NCBI GenBank assembly: GCA_951406725.2
Contig: OX597815.1
Coordinates: 102,610,001-102,674,000, forward strand
Length of the DNA: 64,000 bases
From: Octopus vulgaris
Taxonomy: Eukaryota
Direction of reading: 5' to 3'
In this document: in pieces, positions 13,369 through 29,025 of the stretch
How the letters are laid out: the number at the start of each line of letters is the position of its first letter
Position numbering within the stretch: position 1 is the first letter of the stretch
Notes under the pieces: generated by a model
Told to the model about the DNA's origin: nothing
What the model saw: only the letters and a program-made list of their open reading frames with translations
Databases searched by the model: none
Translations under genes and position numbers: made by a program

Positions 13369-13739
13369 ACATTTGTTTAATTTCTAAATAGTACTCTACA
13401 TTGCCAGCGATAATTGTAATCTATAGTTTATTATTTGTTCAAAATTCAACTGATGTACATTGACTTTAACCAGAAATCTAATTTGTGTAACGCCGTCTTC
13501 ATTACACAAGTTTTGCAGCCGTATCATAAATAAAGTATATTGTCTTATCTGAAATTAAACAAGTCAGAGTGTGAAATGAATATAATTTAACAAGTTTGCC
13601 GGAAAGAGTGACAGCTAGTCAACAAAGATTTTTCTGAGGTTTCTCCTCAAAAATAGAAAAAGGAGTTGTTAGCTGGTGTTTCCACAGTGTAAAACATTAT
13701 TTCAGAATGGATAATCTTGTCATAATCAAAGATCTTTTT

Positions 13740-13840
13740 GAAGTTTGGTCGTGTGCGTATGTGTGTCTGTGTGTGTCTGTGTATCTTTACATATGAGCAT
13801 TTACATATATATGTATATATACTCACATATATATGCACTT

Positions 13841-13906
<66 letters not shown>

Positions 13907-14150
13907 ACATACATACATACATATATATATAAAGATATATATAGAATTTTTTATTTATGATAGATTGTATGATAGATGTACATACAGTTATATCTATACC
14001 TGTCTGTGTTTGTCAAGTGCTGTGTTTTTACTATAGTAGAAAGAATAGCTATTTTTTTTGTACTTATTTCTAAATTCGGTGTGTGGTGAGGCAATTCGTT
14101 GCTAAACCGCCTTTTAGAGTATATATATATATATATAAGGATATATATGT

Positions 14151-14204
<54 letters not shown>

Positions 14205-14206
14205 GC

Positions 14207-14260
<54 letters not shown>

Positions 14261-14262
14261 TT
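13740..14262. repeat. (TA)n/(TG)n/(TACA)n microsatellite cluster
   Basis: Direct reading. Confidence 0.9.
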
Positions 14263-14490
14263 ATTGTTTTTTAGGTTGACTTATAATAAAAACAATTTTA
14301 CATTAATCTGATGGGTTACTCTACACTTTTGTGGAGTACAAATTTATAATTCTTACACAAGAATGTTGCTGACAGCGACTTTGAAGTTTCGGTCAGCTAA
14401 GCTATCGTCGGCAGTCCGACAATGGTTTAGCTGGCCGAAACTTCGAGGTCACTGTAAACAACATTCTTATATACAAATACTATAAGTACA
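14262..14490. mobile_element. Short fold-back element containing a 53-bp hairpin of two inverted hammerhead-like motifs
   Basis: Arms 14359-14411 and 14416-14468 with loop CAGT. Both outer ends run into TA-rich microsatellite. Confidence 0.7.
14411..14455 (+). ncRNA. Variant type I hammerhead-like motif (C4)
   Basis: Stem I GCAGU/ACUGU; core CCGACAA (CCGACGA on the other arm); extra U; stem II GGUU/GGCC; GAA; stem III ACU-UCGA-GGU with a palindromic loop; GUC triplet. Confidence 0.55.
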
Positions 14491-15210
14491 TATATGTATA
14501 TGTATGTATGCGTATATGTACTTATGTATGTATGCTTATTTAATAAATAAAAGAATTTTCATACGATAAGATGGAATGAGCAGGCTTCATTTCAGGCCAC
14601 TACAATTGTTTCGGTGCAACATTATGAGCTAGTAGTATCTGAATGTTACATATTTTATAGGCATTATTTACTACCTCTCTTTCGAGGGAATTAGTGGTAT
14701 CCGCTCTGTTGCAATTATTCGAGTCTTTCCCCGCCCATCTGACATTAACTTCCTACCATCTTTCCTGAAGTATCACAAGCTCTGGAAATGGTCATGGACG
14801 TTCTTATTACTCCACTTTAACTAAGTAGTTCGAAAACGGTAGAATTGAAACCACACTGCGGCTCGTTTTTTCAGCTCCACTACATAATAATATAGACACA
14901 AAATGTGGATGCAGAACTGCTGGTAAAATATCGACATGTGTATTTATTTATCTCTTTCTGGGTGTATTTCGGAGTTCATATTCAAAATTATTCTTAAAGA
15001 ATGGTTTTTAGAGCAAATTCAAAAGAATTAGTGTGAATCTAAAATGAGACCCCAAAATTCAATTACAAAATCTTCCCCCAGCAGTCTAAATCAAACAAGG
15101 CAGAGTGATTTCTCAACATAACCCTGTAACATTCACACATGTTATAACCCACCAAAGATATGAATTCAGAGCTATTCTGTTACTATAATATGAAAGACGT
15201 TATAAAATTC

Positions 15211-15641
15211 GGATCTTTTCGGTTTGAACGGCAGTTTTTAACATAATTTCTAGGTAACTAAAAATTTTAAACTTCGTATACTGGTAGAATGTGTTTATAA
15301 AATATCTTTTTCTCTTGGCTTTATTGAGAAAATTATATAGTTTGTAAGATATTTGTTGTTTTTTTCTTCAATTTCTGCAATTTCAACCAATCAATGACGT
15401 CTATTTTAGGTGAAAACATTGTGCCGTATGAATATGTGCCTCGTTTAAGAAACAGATTGGATTTATTTACATTTGTGAAGAAAAAAAAGATACCCTCCCC
15501 CCACTCCTAACCCTAACCCTAACCCTAACCCTAACCCTAAAACAGATTGAAATGCAATAGATCGATACTAGGGTCATAATTACGGGTGACAATTTCATAA
15601 GACACCGCTAGAAAAAACCGCCGTTCAAACCGAAAAGATCC
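15211..15641. mobile_element. MITE / non-autonomous DNA transposon with 29-bp TIRs and 8-bp TSD
   Basis: TIRs ggatcttttcggtttgaacggcagttttt / aaaaaccgccgttcaaaccgaaaagatcc. TSD taaaattc at 15203-15210 and 15642-15649. GG termini with an 8-bp TSD are compatible with Merlin or hAT (inference). Confidence 0.92.
15506..15540. repeat. Interstitial telomere-type repeat (CCCTAA)5 plus a partial unit, inside the MITE
   Basis: cctaa followed by five ccctaa units. Confidence 0.95.
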
Positions 15642-16616
15642 TAAAATTCTACTCCATCTGTATGAAGAAACTCACAGGAAATAGGAACATGAAAAAAGAA
15701 AACTTCAATAATATTGTAATCTGCAATTGAACTTATTCGGAATGCATGGCAATCATTCCTAGCCACTTATAACTTCAGCAATGCATTCACCTGTTGGATC
15801 TCTACACTATTTGAATACAAACGTCCACCTACATATCTCACAGTTTGTAGCCGGTGTAAGTAGCTTATGTGATAACAATAATACCCTTGAGAGGATTGTG
15901 CTGTCCTGGCTCCCATTGTCAACTGATTATAGTTAATACATTTTCCTATTGATAAAGAATCAATCTTAAGAAACTGTAGAAATAACCATATGTGACTAAA
16001 GTTATCGTTAACTGTGTATGTCTATAGGTAAACTTCTATAGTCTCCCATTCTCAAACTATAACCAAGACTAATCATTTCATACTAATTACGAGCCTATCA
16101 CGATATAGAATCAATTTACTTTTTCGATGACTTATTCTTACCAATAAAACGACAAAAGTACATGCAAACACCACCAGCAGCGATCTCTTGTAGTTTATGC
16201 TCTCTCACTCAAGCTATAAAAGTGATTGTGATACTACCAAAACGGTATTGTCTACTTATTGATACCATCCCAGTCAAACTTGGAAAGTAATTGTTATTCG
16301 ACCAGAATAATTAGTCTCATGTGTTTACTTGTTCATTCTGGGCCCTTAGAAGAAATTGTAATAGAACTAGCTAATTGGTGTCGATTTAGATCTTTTCAAT
16401 CCCACACTAATATTCAAATTCTTATTTTCTTCGAAGATGGTTGCAATATACGCTTAACCTCTTTTTTCCCTTTTAGCACAGTTTCAATATAATATCGCCT
16501 TCCAATATTAATCCATCACTCGTTATAGAAAGCAAGCAGTTCAACATTGTCCATATTCTTCAGTCATTTGTTAACTAAACACACTTCTGAGCTCAAACAA
16601 TTGCTCACTAGCTAAG

Positions 16617-16681
<65 letters not shown>

Positions 16682-16744
16682 TACACACACACATACGCGC
16701 AGACACGAGCGCGCACACACAAATATATTTATGTAGGCTTCTAT

Positions 16745-16995
16745 TTTTCATCTTTTACTTATCTCAGTCATTAGAATGCGGCCATGGCAGGGCCTTGATG
16801 AAATTTTAGCCAAATAAATCGACCCCCGTACCTTTTTAAAGCTTGATACTTATTTTATCGCTCTCATTGCTGAACCGCTAAGTCACAGGAACGAAAACAA
16901 GCCAACACCGGTTGTCAAGCGGTGGTGGGTGACAAACACACACACACAAACACAAACGCACACACACATACACACACACGTTTTATTATTTAATG

Positions 16996-17028
<33 letters not shown>

Positions 17029-17160
17029 TATGTATATGAGACTTTGGTCGGCCAGAATTTATATTAGAAGACTCCTGCCGAAGGTACCACGCCAGGAGAC
17101 TGAACGCAGAACCATGTAGTTGGGAAGGAAGCTTCTTACCACGCAGCCACGCCTGCGCCT
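16745..17160 (-). mobile_element. tRNA-derived SINE with internal microsatellites
   Basis: Minus strand begins ggcgcaggcgtggctgcgtggtaagaagc (A-box-like TGGCTGCGTGG) and has B-box-like GTTCAGTCTC. Body ccgcttgacaaccggtgttggcttgttt... is shared with the copies at 28665-29025 and ~31020-31130. Confidence 0.8.
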
Positions 17161-18597
17161 GTGTATAAATAAAACATATAATATAATATATACATATGTA
17201 TGTGTGTACGTGTGTGCATGTGTGTGTGTGTGTGTGTGTGTGTGCTCGTACATTACCTGCTTGCCATACACACGCACGCACACACGTAACACATCACATA
17301 CATACACACTTTCATACTCGCACACCATTTCTCTTCCACACTCACATACCTCTTCCCATGTGAACACTTGCATACTCACATACTACTTCACTTGTTTATT
17401 TCCACATATAGTTAAAGCTCTTGTATCTTTGACATGAAATATCACAAGCAGATAGATAATTTTAAATAATTCTTGACTGTGTAATATATTTTGTAAATCT
17501 GATGAATTCAAGACAGATTAAACTACAATTGCTAGAAAAATACATTATTGATCTTGTAGATTTTGAAAGTTGATAAAACAATTAAAACTTCTTTTCATGA
17601 ACAAAATTATAAGCTTTCACCATATATCGACTTCTATCTTAAATAGTCTAATATTGTGGGAATTATAAACTCCGTAGCAGAAAAAATGGGCATTGGTACG
17701 CAGAATTCGCACTGTTTTTAAAATTAAAACCTGTGTTTAGGCCATTTCTGTAAAATCTTTTGGTGAAGATTGCCGGAATAGTTAAGAAGTTAAAATCCTC
17801 TTTGCATTGAGTGTATTAGTAAAAAAAATACAGTTATATTTTTCCATTATATTACTCGTTTACACGCCATTGACTCTCTTCTCTTATGCTGATATTGATG
17901 GTAATACTCCAACGTGGTGATAGCCAACTAACTGGAACCAGTAAGAGAATAAATTTTTCGTTTATAGAAGTGATCCTAATAATCTTTATGTGTAACCTGG
18001 TATTGATGCGTAGTAAATTTCAACACAGGATACACAGTCAGTAGCAAACTGCATACACGCATTACAATCCATTATGCATTTGTTTCAAAATTAGGCATTC
18101 CAATTTAGATATGCAAGAATGATGACAATTTGAGATGAATATTTTAAAGTACATAAGCTCCGCTGCAATCTAATTAAAATAATCAGCAGTTACTATTGAT
18201 TTTCAGGTTAAATTGGTGCTTCTATGGTATAATTACGAATTGGCTGTTAGTGAGAGGTGTTTTAAATATTCGGAAAGCTATTACCATGTGTTACATATAT
18301 GATGGGGAATTCAAATCAATGATCGTTTCTGCTATGAATGTTTGAAACTGACTTTGGAAAGTAACGGTTAGCTGGCTATTATAAATACCCGTTGTGCCTC
18401 AACGCTACCTGCTTGTTGAGAATACTCATTGAATGTATATGAACAGTCAACAACCAACGTATATTCAGATTTTATGGGAGTCCAATGTATTTAAATAAAA
18501 GAATAGAGACTTAATTTGTTAGAAGCATTTTCAATACGGTAACGTCACACAATCGAACTACAAAATTGCATTCATGACAATGATTTCACGGTAACAA

Positions 18598-18967
18598 TAG
18601 AGAAAGTGAGAGTGAGAGTGAGAGAGAAAATGAGGAAGAGAAGAGGGAGAGAGAGAGAGAAGGAAGAAAGTGGGAGAGAGAATGAGGAGGAAGAGGAGTA
18701 GAGATTAAAAAATAGAGTGAACGATAGAGAGTTTGGATGAATCATGATTAAAGAAATAGAATTATTAAAAGAAAGCGAGGGAAAAGAGAGAGAGAGGGAT
18801 AGAAAAAGAGAGAGAGGTGGAAGACAGAGAAAGAGAGAGAGGGGGAGAAAGAGAAAGAGAGAGAGAAACTGATAGACTTATTAAAAACGGTTCACAGAGA
18901 GATTTTATGTGTATGAGTGAAAAAATAAAAGACAAGTAATACATTACAAACAATGAGAACTAAAATT

Positions 18968-19006
<39 letters not shown>

Positions 19007-19193
19007 AGGAGAGAGAAAAAGAGTAAGCGAAAGAAGGAAAAGAAAGAGAGAGTGAAAGAGATGATGAGGGAGAGAATTAGTAAAAAGAATGTGAACTATA
19101 TAAAATTATGCAGGATAACAATCGAGAGAGGGATATCATTTGTAAAATATAAGTGAGATTGTTTGCACGGATATGAATGAGAGAGAGAGAGAG

Positions 19194-19235
<42 letters not shown>
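18598..19235. repeat. GA-rich low-complexity region with (GA)n runs
   Basis: Direct reading. Confidence 0.9.
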
Positions 19236-19289
19236 TGTTTTGATGCGTGGGTGAAAGAAAAAAGACAAGCAAGAAGAAAGAGAATCTGA

Positions 19290-19675
19290 GGGACATCGAT
19301 CCCACCCCAGTGTTTAACTGGCCCTTATTTCATCGATTCCGAAAAAATGAAAGGAAAGGTCGAGCTTGGTGGAACTTAGAACTTAAAGACAGACGAAAAA
19401 CCATAAGGATTTTGTCCTGCGTGCTAACTATTTTGCTAGCTCACCGCCTACATAATAATTATGATAACAATCCTTTCTGCTGTAGATATAAGGCCTGAAA
19501 TTTCTGGAGTGGTGCTAAGTCGATTACATTAAACCCGGCACATGGCTGGTACTTACATTATCAACTTCGAAAAGTTGAAAGGCGATGTCGACCATGGCGG
19601 AATTTGAACATAGAACGGACAAAATGGCTCTAAACATTTTGCCCGGTATGCTTAAGCTTTTGCCAGCTCGCTACC
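19290..19675 (-). mobile_element. Two tandem decayed SINE copies (Meta/MESC-type core)
   Basis: gaaaggaaaggtcgagcttggtggaacttagaact and gttgaaaggcgatgtcgaccatggcggaatttgaac parallel gatgaaaggtaaagtcaacctcgacagaatttgaactc at 25063-25100. Confidence 0.7.
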
Positions 19676-19708
19676 ACAATGATAATAATGATGATGATGA
19701 TGATAATG

Positions 19709-19764
<56 letters not shown>

Positions 19765-19785
19765 TATAATAATAATAATAATAAT

Positions 19786-19841
<56 letters not shown>
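19676..19841. repeat. (TAA)n/(TGA)n array; further (TAA)n blocks at 20571-20657, 22501-22670, 24801-24960 and 25250-25357, with (TAC)n at 25175-25250
   Basis: Direct reading; the blocks separate the LINE copies. Confidence 0.97.
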
Positions 19842-20566
19842 GCCTCCCCACCAGAAATTACCAAAAACATGTAATGAAAAGAAATATTACAAGTAACTGC
19901 AGAATATGTGGAGATGGACAAGAAACAATAAATCATATTATCTCTAGCTGCCCAGTCCTGGCTAAGAAGGAATATATTCACAGACATGACAGAGTTGGAA
20001 CCTACATACATTGGAAGCTATGCCAACATTATGGAATAACAACAGAAAAAAGATGGTATAGGCACACACCAGAAAAGGTTACAGAAAACGAGAAAGCAAC
20101 CATACTCTGGGATATGCCGATACACACAGATAGAGAAATTAAGGCCAACAGACCAGATATAGTTGTCAGAGATCATGAAGAAAAAAATGCTTTCTAATTG
20201 ATGTATCAATACCGGCAGATGACAACGTGTCTCTAAAAGAAATGGAGAAACTCTCAAAATACAAAGACCTGGAAATAGAGGTAACTAGAATGTGGAATCT
20301 GAAAACAGAAACAATTCCTATCATAGTAGGTGCATTAGGCATGATAAAAAAATATTCAGACAAATACATAACAAAAACACCAGGACTTACAAACACATAT
20401 AACATACAGAAAATTGCACTACTAGGCACTGCCCACATCCTACGCAGAACACTTTCCATACAATAACCATCAGAGCATCACAACAAATCACAGCACATAC
20501 CCAAGGCACACAGAGCTGCGCTCGGTAGTGAATGAAAGCACGCTATAAAAAATAAAAATAAAACTA

Positions 20567-20570
<4 letters not shown>
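19842..20570 (+). mobile_element. R4/Dong-clade non-LTR retrotransposon A, 3' fragment (CCHC knuckle plus restriction-like endonuclease)
   Basis: CRICGDGQETINHIISSC, RHDRV and RPDIVV motifs, frameshift near 20190, then KLSKYKDL...IIVGALG...ALLGTAHILRRTL with stop at 20466. The 3' UTR ends ...actactga|ataataa. (TAA)n on both sides. Confidence 0.93.
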
Positions 20571-20647
<77 letters not shown>

Positions 20648-20657
20648 AATAATAATA

Positions 20658-22500
20658 GCTCCAGGTTATCGATAAGACTATTCTGGCTGACTGCAATGGT
20701 CCCACACTCGTGGATTATTGAATGTCTTATGCTGCTTAATGTCTCCCACAATATCCTGAAGTTAATACAAAGCTCAATGGCAACGTGGCGAACTGAACTC
20801 ACTGCTTGGGAAGATAAACTGGGAGAGGTAAATATCAAAAGAGGAATCTTTCAAAGGGTCTCTCTTTTTAGTTGTCTGCATACTGCCCCTAACCAACGTT
20901 TTAAGAAAGATGCATGTGGGGTACATGCTAGGCAGGGTGAAAGTAAACAGACTGCGGTTTGTGTATGATCTAAAACTACTTACTAAAATTGAGAGTTTGA
21001 CGGTAAATGTGCAGATGATTAGCAAAGATAATGTTATAGAATTTAGGATCGAGAAATGTGGTGCAATGATTCTCAAAAGGGGAAAACAGGAAAAGCCATG
21101 GAATCAAGCTGTAAAGTGGCGAAACTATAAAGGAAGTCGGAGAGGAAGGATATAAGTACCTGGGTATTATTAGAAGAGATAAGATGAATGAACACAAGAT
21201 GAAAGAAATGTAGAGGAAAAAGTATTTGAGGAGAACTCGGCTTGTCCTCTAATCGAAGCTAAATGACCGCTATAAGATTAGAACAATTAACACGTGGGCG
21301 AATTCTTTGATGAGATATGGGTCAGGAATAGCATCTTGGAAGAAGAATGAATTACAAGAGATAGACCGGAGAACACGTAAATTAATGACAATGAACAAGG
21401 AACTACACCCCAAGAGTGATGTGTCAAGATTGTATGTAAAGAGGAAAGAAGGAGGACATGATTTGGTGTGTTGTGAAGTTTGTTTAAGGGAAGAGGAGAA
21501 TAGCCTGGCTTGGTTTGTGAAGGGGAGTAAAGTAGAAATGATTGAAGCAGTGAAAATGCAGGGAACCTTAAAAGTGAACGAAGCTGTAGATCCAACATGA
21601 TTTAAGAAAGACCAGAGAGAGAGCAGATGAAGAAAATTTGGCAGGACAAGAAAATGCACTGCCAGTTCTTGAAGAATAAAGATGAGATTGATTGGAATGG
21701 AACCTGGCAATGAATGCAGAAGGTAGACTTAAAAGGGCCTACTGAGGCATTGGTGAGCAGCGCTCAAGAACAGGCTCTCAGAACAAACTACTCTAAATAT
21801 CTCATTGGTAAAAGCACTGACTCGCCACAGTGTAGGATATGCTCTGAGAAGGGAGAAAGTATAAGCCATATTGTTAATCTGTGCTGCAAGCTCGCACAAC
21901 GCGAATACAAAAGGAAACACAACAATGTGGCTAGATATGTCCACTGGCTGTTGTGCAGTAAAGCAAACCTTGTGAGAGCCGAACAATGTTACGAACACAA
22001 GCCAGAGGGAGTAATGGAAAACGAACATTACAACATACTGTGGGGTTTTTACATGGAGTGCGACCAAGTCATAGAGGCGAGACGGCCAGATATCATGATC
22101 ATCCATAAAGACGAAAAAGAAGCAAAGATAATAGATGTTGCAATACTAAGCGATTCAAAGGTGAAATATAAGGAAACAGAAAAGAGTGAGAAATACCAGC
22201 CACTGCGGGATGAGATAGGAAAGTTATGGGACATGAGGAAAGTAATCGTGATACCGGTGGTAAAAGGAGTATTAAGAGCAGTTTCCAAGAGCTTTGAAAA
22301 ATATATTAAGAATATTGGAACTACTGGCAGGCTCGAAGTGCTCCAGAAGACAGCATTGTTGGGTACAGCTCGCATTCTAAAGAGAGTATTGTCTCTGAGT
22401 CACAGGAGAAGACACAACTTAAAACCTTTACTGATTTTTTATTGCCTACTTTCAAGTAAAGAACAACCGCAAATTAAGAACAATACGAGAGTCTTTCAGA
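20658..22500 (+). mobile_element. R4/Dong-clade LINE B, 5'-truncated and degraded (RT part plus RLE)
   Basis: MVPHSWI, KRGIFQ, YKYLGI, RLYVKRKEGG, CRICSEKGESISHIVNLC, RRPDIMI...IIDVAI, EKYQPL, ALLGTARILKRVL, with multiple stops. Ends ...ctttcaga|ataataa. Confidence 0.92.
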
Positions 22501-22524
22501 ATAATAATAATAATGATAATAATG

Positions 22525-24834
<2,310 letters not shown>

Positions 24835-24853
24835 TAATAATAATAATAATAAC

Positions 24854-24897
<44 letters not shown>

Positions 24898-24960
24898 TAA
24901 TAATAATAATAATAATAATAATGATGATGATAATAATAATAACAGCAACAACAATAATAA

Positions 24961-25174
24961 TCCTTGCTACTACAGGCACAAGGCCTGAGATTTGTGGGGA
25001 GGGGGATAGTCGATTACGTCAACCTCAGTACTCAACTGGTACTCAATTTATCGACTCCGGAAGGATGAAAGGTAAAGTCAACCTCGACAGAATTTGAACT
25101 CAGAACGTAGCGACGGGAGAAATACCACTAAGCATTCCGTTCAACGAGCTAACGATTTCGTCAGTTCGCCACCT

Positions 25175-25175
<1 letters not shown>
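24961..25175 (-). mobile_element. tRNA-type SINE with Meta/MESC-type core
   Basis: Minus strand: aaggtggcgaactgacgaaatcgttag...gagttcaaattc (B-box-like)...gactttacctttcatccttccggagtcgataaattgagtaccag...aggccttgtgcc. Confidence 0.82.
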
Positions 25176-25251
<76 letters not shown>

Positions 25252-25268
25252 TTAATAATAATAATACT

Positions 25269-25349
<81 letters not shown>

Positions 25350-25357
25350 AATAATAA

Positions 25358-26840
25358 AGTAAATGTTTGAATATATTCAGTATAGCAGACAACATAAGAG
25401 AATTAATTAGTTTTAGCATGAAGAAATGGCAAGTAGATCTATACTCAGGTGACACACTCTTAGGAAAAGTTCATACCAAAAGAGGAATTTTTCAGGGGAC
25501 TCGTTGTCCCCTTTAATAATTTTCCTTTGTTTGATTACTCTCAGTTTAGTAATAAGGAAGGTAAACGCAGGGTATCAGTTCAGAAATAGTAATGGAAAAA
25601 TTAACCATCTGCTCTACATGGATGTTCTGAAGTTTTTTTGTAAGAAGGAAAAAGAGATAAATTCCTTAATGCAGACTGTAAGACACTTCCGCAAAGATAT
25701 AGGCATGGAATTTTGTATAGATAATTGTGCAATATTAGTGATGAGAAGGGGACAGGTAGTCGACAGCGAAGGCATCCAATTACCAGATGGCCAGACATTA
25801 GAATCATTGAAAGGAGGAGAGAGTTATAAGTATTCAGGAGTATTAGAATCTGACAGAGTACTAATTACAGAAACGGAAACGAAAATTGAGAAGGAGTACA
25901 TCAGAATGGTGAAGAAGCTTATGAAGTCAAAGCTAAACGGTCCGAATCTAGTGAAGGCTGTAAATACGTGGACAGTATCATTACTTAGATACTCAGCTGC
26001 TTTTGTAAACTGGAAAAAACTGAATTATCAAAGCTAGACAGAAGAACTAGGAAGGGATTCAATATGAATGGAGGGCTCCCCACAAGAGCAGGAGTAACAA
26101 GATTACACCTACCTAGAAAGGAAAGTGGAAGAAGGTTAATATCCGTAGAAGACTGCGTGGAGTTAGTTAGAGTAGATATAGACTACTATGTAGGTAATAG
26201 TGAAGGCAGTTTATTAAAAGCTGCTAGAGTCATAGCAAGACATAGGGAAACTAAAACACCAAACGAACTTAAAAACCAGAATAAAGAACAGAAATTATCT
26301 GACTGGCAGGAGAAGGCTTTGCATAGTAGATTCCCAAAGAAAGTTTCAGCAAATAGTAATAGTGAGACATGGTTATGAATGCAGAAGGGAAAGCTGAAGA
26401 GGGAAACAGAAAGTTTGTTAGTAGGTGCACAAGATCAAGTATAAAGAACTAATTGGATAAAAGCCAAGTAGATTCTAAATGTAGATTATGCAAATCAGAA
26501 GAGGAAAACATTACTCATATAGTAAGTAAATGTAGCATGTTGGCACAGAAAGAATACAAGACATGGTAATCCAGGGAGAGCAATCCGCTGTGAGCTATGC
26601 TGAAAGCTAGGATTTGAACATACTGATGAATGGTATTAATATGAACCTAGTTAAATACTAGAAAGTAAGAAATACAAGGTATTTTGGGCTTTAAAATTCA
26701 GACTGACAAACTAATAGAAGCTAGAAGGCCTGATTTGGTAGTAGTAAATAAAGAGAATAGAAAGTGCTATATAATTGACTTTACGGTCCCAAATGATGAA
26801 AGCACTAATATGAGATATATAGAAAAAATGTCAAAAGATC
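25358..26840 (+). mobile_element. R4/Dong-clade LINE D, degraded and missing both ends
   Basis: [58 protein letters not shown]...IIDFTVP, EKMSK. Begins directly after (TAA)n. Confidence 0.88.
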
Positions 26841-28664
26841 TAATTAGAATATCCATCCAGCTTGCACAGTTTCTTCCTTGCTAGCGAGTCAGCCAGGGAG
26901 GAAAATGGAAGGTCATTTTGAAAATGAAACAAATTAAAAGTCAACACATTTTACCACAGAGGTAAGCGACCAACAGGGCTATCAAGAGTACTGGCAGTGA
27001 CAACAACAACGGTACAGCTACAACCACAACAATAGCAACAACAATCACAGCGTCAGCAACGGTATGTTAGAAAAAAAAACAAACAACAAACAAGCAACAG
27101 TAGGTAAAACACCTCAGTTGTCCACAAATTCACTAAAGCAAAAACCATTACCATGACAGCAGCAATAAGCAACGAGCTGTATTTGTTGGTGATCATTAGA
27201 TTGGGACTTGATGCTTATGTTGCTGTCACAGTTGCTCTTTAATGCTTTCTCTCTCGTTTTCTTGCCAATTTTTTCTGAATTGCTTATTTAGGGCTATTTG
27301 TTAGAATAAACAACTATTGTTACATGGGACTTGGACGAATAGCCGCGCCAATAAGCTAGGCCTCCAAGATAGATATGACTGGGCGAAATCACAATAAATA
27401 AATTATTGCAGTGAAATGGAATACATTGAAATATCGATTAGAAACTTGGTTTAAATGCTTTCAAAAGACTGACTGAAATCTGCTAGAGTTACCCGAGACA
27501 CAAGTAGTGATGTTAAAGCAAGTAACATGGTAAGTCTGCCTATCAACGGATACCGTCCATTCAGCTGGTTTCAGCCCATTTATTTCGAGCAACAAATATC
27601 AGTCACAAATTGTTGATCAATACGTAGGTATCATAGAAGATACAAGGTGCTTCACACAGTTATATTTGTTTAAGGTACCCAATACAGCCATACGCACTTT
27701 AATTATTATTTCTGTTGTAAAGGCGGCATAATGACAGAATCGTTTGTGCCTCAGACAAAATGCTTCACTGCATTTCTTCCGTCTCTTTACGCTATTAGTT
27801 GAAACCTCACCAAGGCCAGCTTTGGTTTCTATGCTTTCAGAGCCGATAAAATAAAATGTAAGTCAACTACTGATGTCGACTATAATTTCTGTTAATATTA
27901 TTACTTCAGACCTAAAAGAGAAAAAAAAGGAAAGAATTGTGTTATCTTTAGAGTATCTCTTCATTATTTTCAGCTGTTTTCCTTAATATTATTACAGCGC
28001 TTTTTATCTCGATACTGTTCATCTAAAATTTAAGACTAAGAGAATTTTTATATTCTTTGTATTTTTCTTCTCCGAAAGGACCAATGGAAGCACAATATAC
28101 TGATAAACTGCGGTGGAGTTGACCCAAATATAAATATAAATATGTTCTTCACTGAAAATGTATATATTGGATATATAGCAAGGTTTGAAAAAGATTTTTA
28201 AGTGTAGCGATTTTATAGCACATTAGAGTTATCCTGCAGGTTGCTTATGAAAAGTAGCTATCATTTAGTAATGATGTTTTGTGTGGGCGCATGCATGCGT
28301 ATGTGCATACATGCATTCTTGCATTCGTGCGTTCGTTGATGGGCTCTCACGCGTGTGTGTATGCATTCGCACGCGCGTGCGAGTGTATGTGTTTTTAAGA
28401 TTTGTATTATAAGAGAAACTGTTTAACTGTTTAAAAATCTGAGGTTGCATTTCTTTAACCCCTTGTTGATTTCAAATTGACGAAAGGCGTTCTAATCGTG
28501 TCCGTCTCGTTTTTTTTTTCAATTTTTGAAACCTAAAAAAACCCAAATTATTAATATACTGAAAATGTGGTAGCAAATCTAAAAGCATGATTGAAGATAT
28601 TACAATGGATATTGGGTATTATATATATAACTGCATCTGTGTAATAATGTTTCAAAAACGATAG

Positions 28665-29025
28665 GTGCTGGAATGACTGAGTGGTTAAGGATTAACTTTT
28701 AGAACCTCGTGGTTTCAGGTTCAGTATCATTGTGTGATTCCTTAGACAAGCGTCTTCTACTCTAGGCCTGGTCCAGTCAATGGCTTGTGAGTAAAATTTT
28801 GTAGACGAAAACTGTGTGGAAGCCCAACTTATATGAAAGTGCATTTCTTTAATCTGTGTTACCTTACTTGACAACCGGTGTTAGTTTCTTTACATCGTTG
28901 TCACATGGTGGTTCGTTAAAAGAAACTGATAGAAGTAATAATTACCGGAGTAGATCTGTTCGACTAAATCCTTGAATGCGGTGCCCCAGTATCACTGCAA
29001 TCCAATGAACGAAATAAGTTAAAGA
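28665..29025 (+). mobile_element. tRNA-derived SINE, decayed
   Basis: gctggaatgactgagtggttaagg...ggttcagtatc...gtcttctact...cttgtgagt...gtagacgaaaactgtgtggaagcc...cttgacaaccggtgtt; same family as 16745-17160. Confidence 0.75.

Noticed and set aside
14595-14700. Minus-strand CCGAAACAAUUGUA with a palindromic stem III
   Set aside because: No recognisable CUGANGA box at a compatible position; at most a relic.
15700-16600. Possible decayed LTR-retrotransposon integrase on the minus strand (IIS-DNGSQ-like)
   Set aside because: Only one short frameshifted motif; needs a tBLASTn/HMM search.
17090-17160. A-box/B-box sequence suggesting a tRNA gene
   Set aside because: No cloverleaf; it is the head of a SINE.
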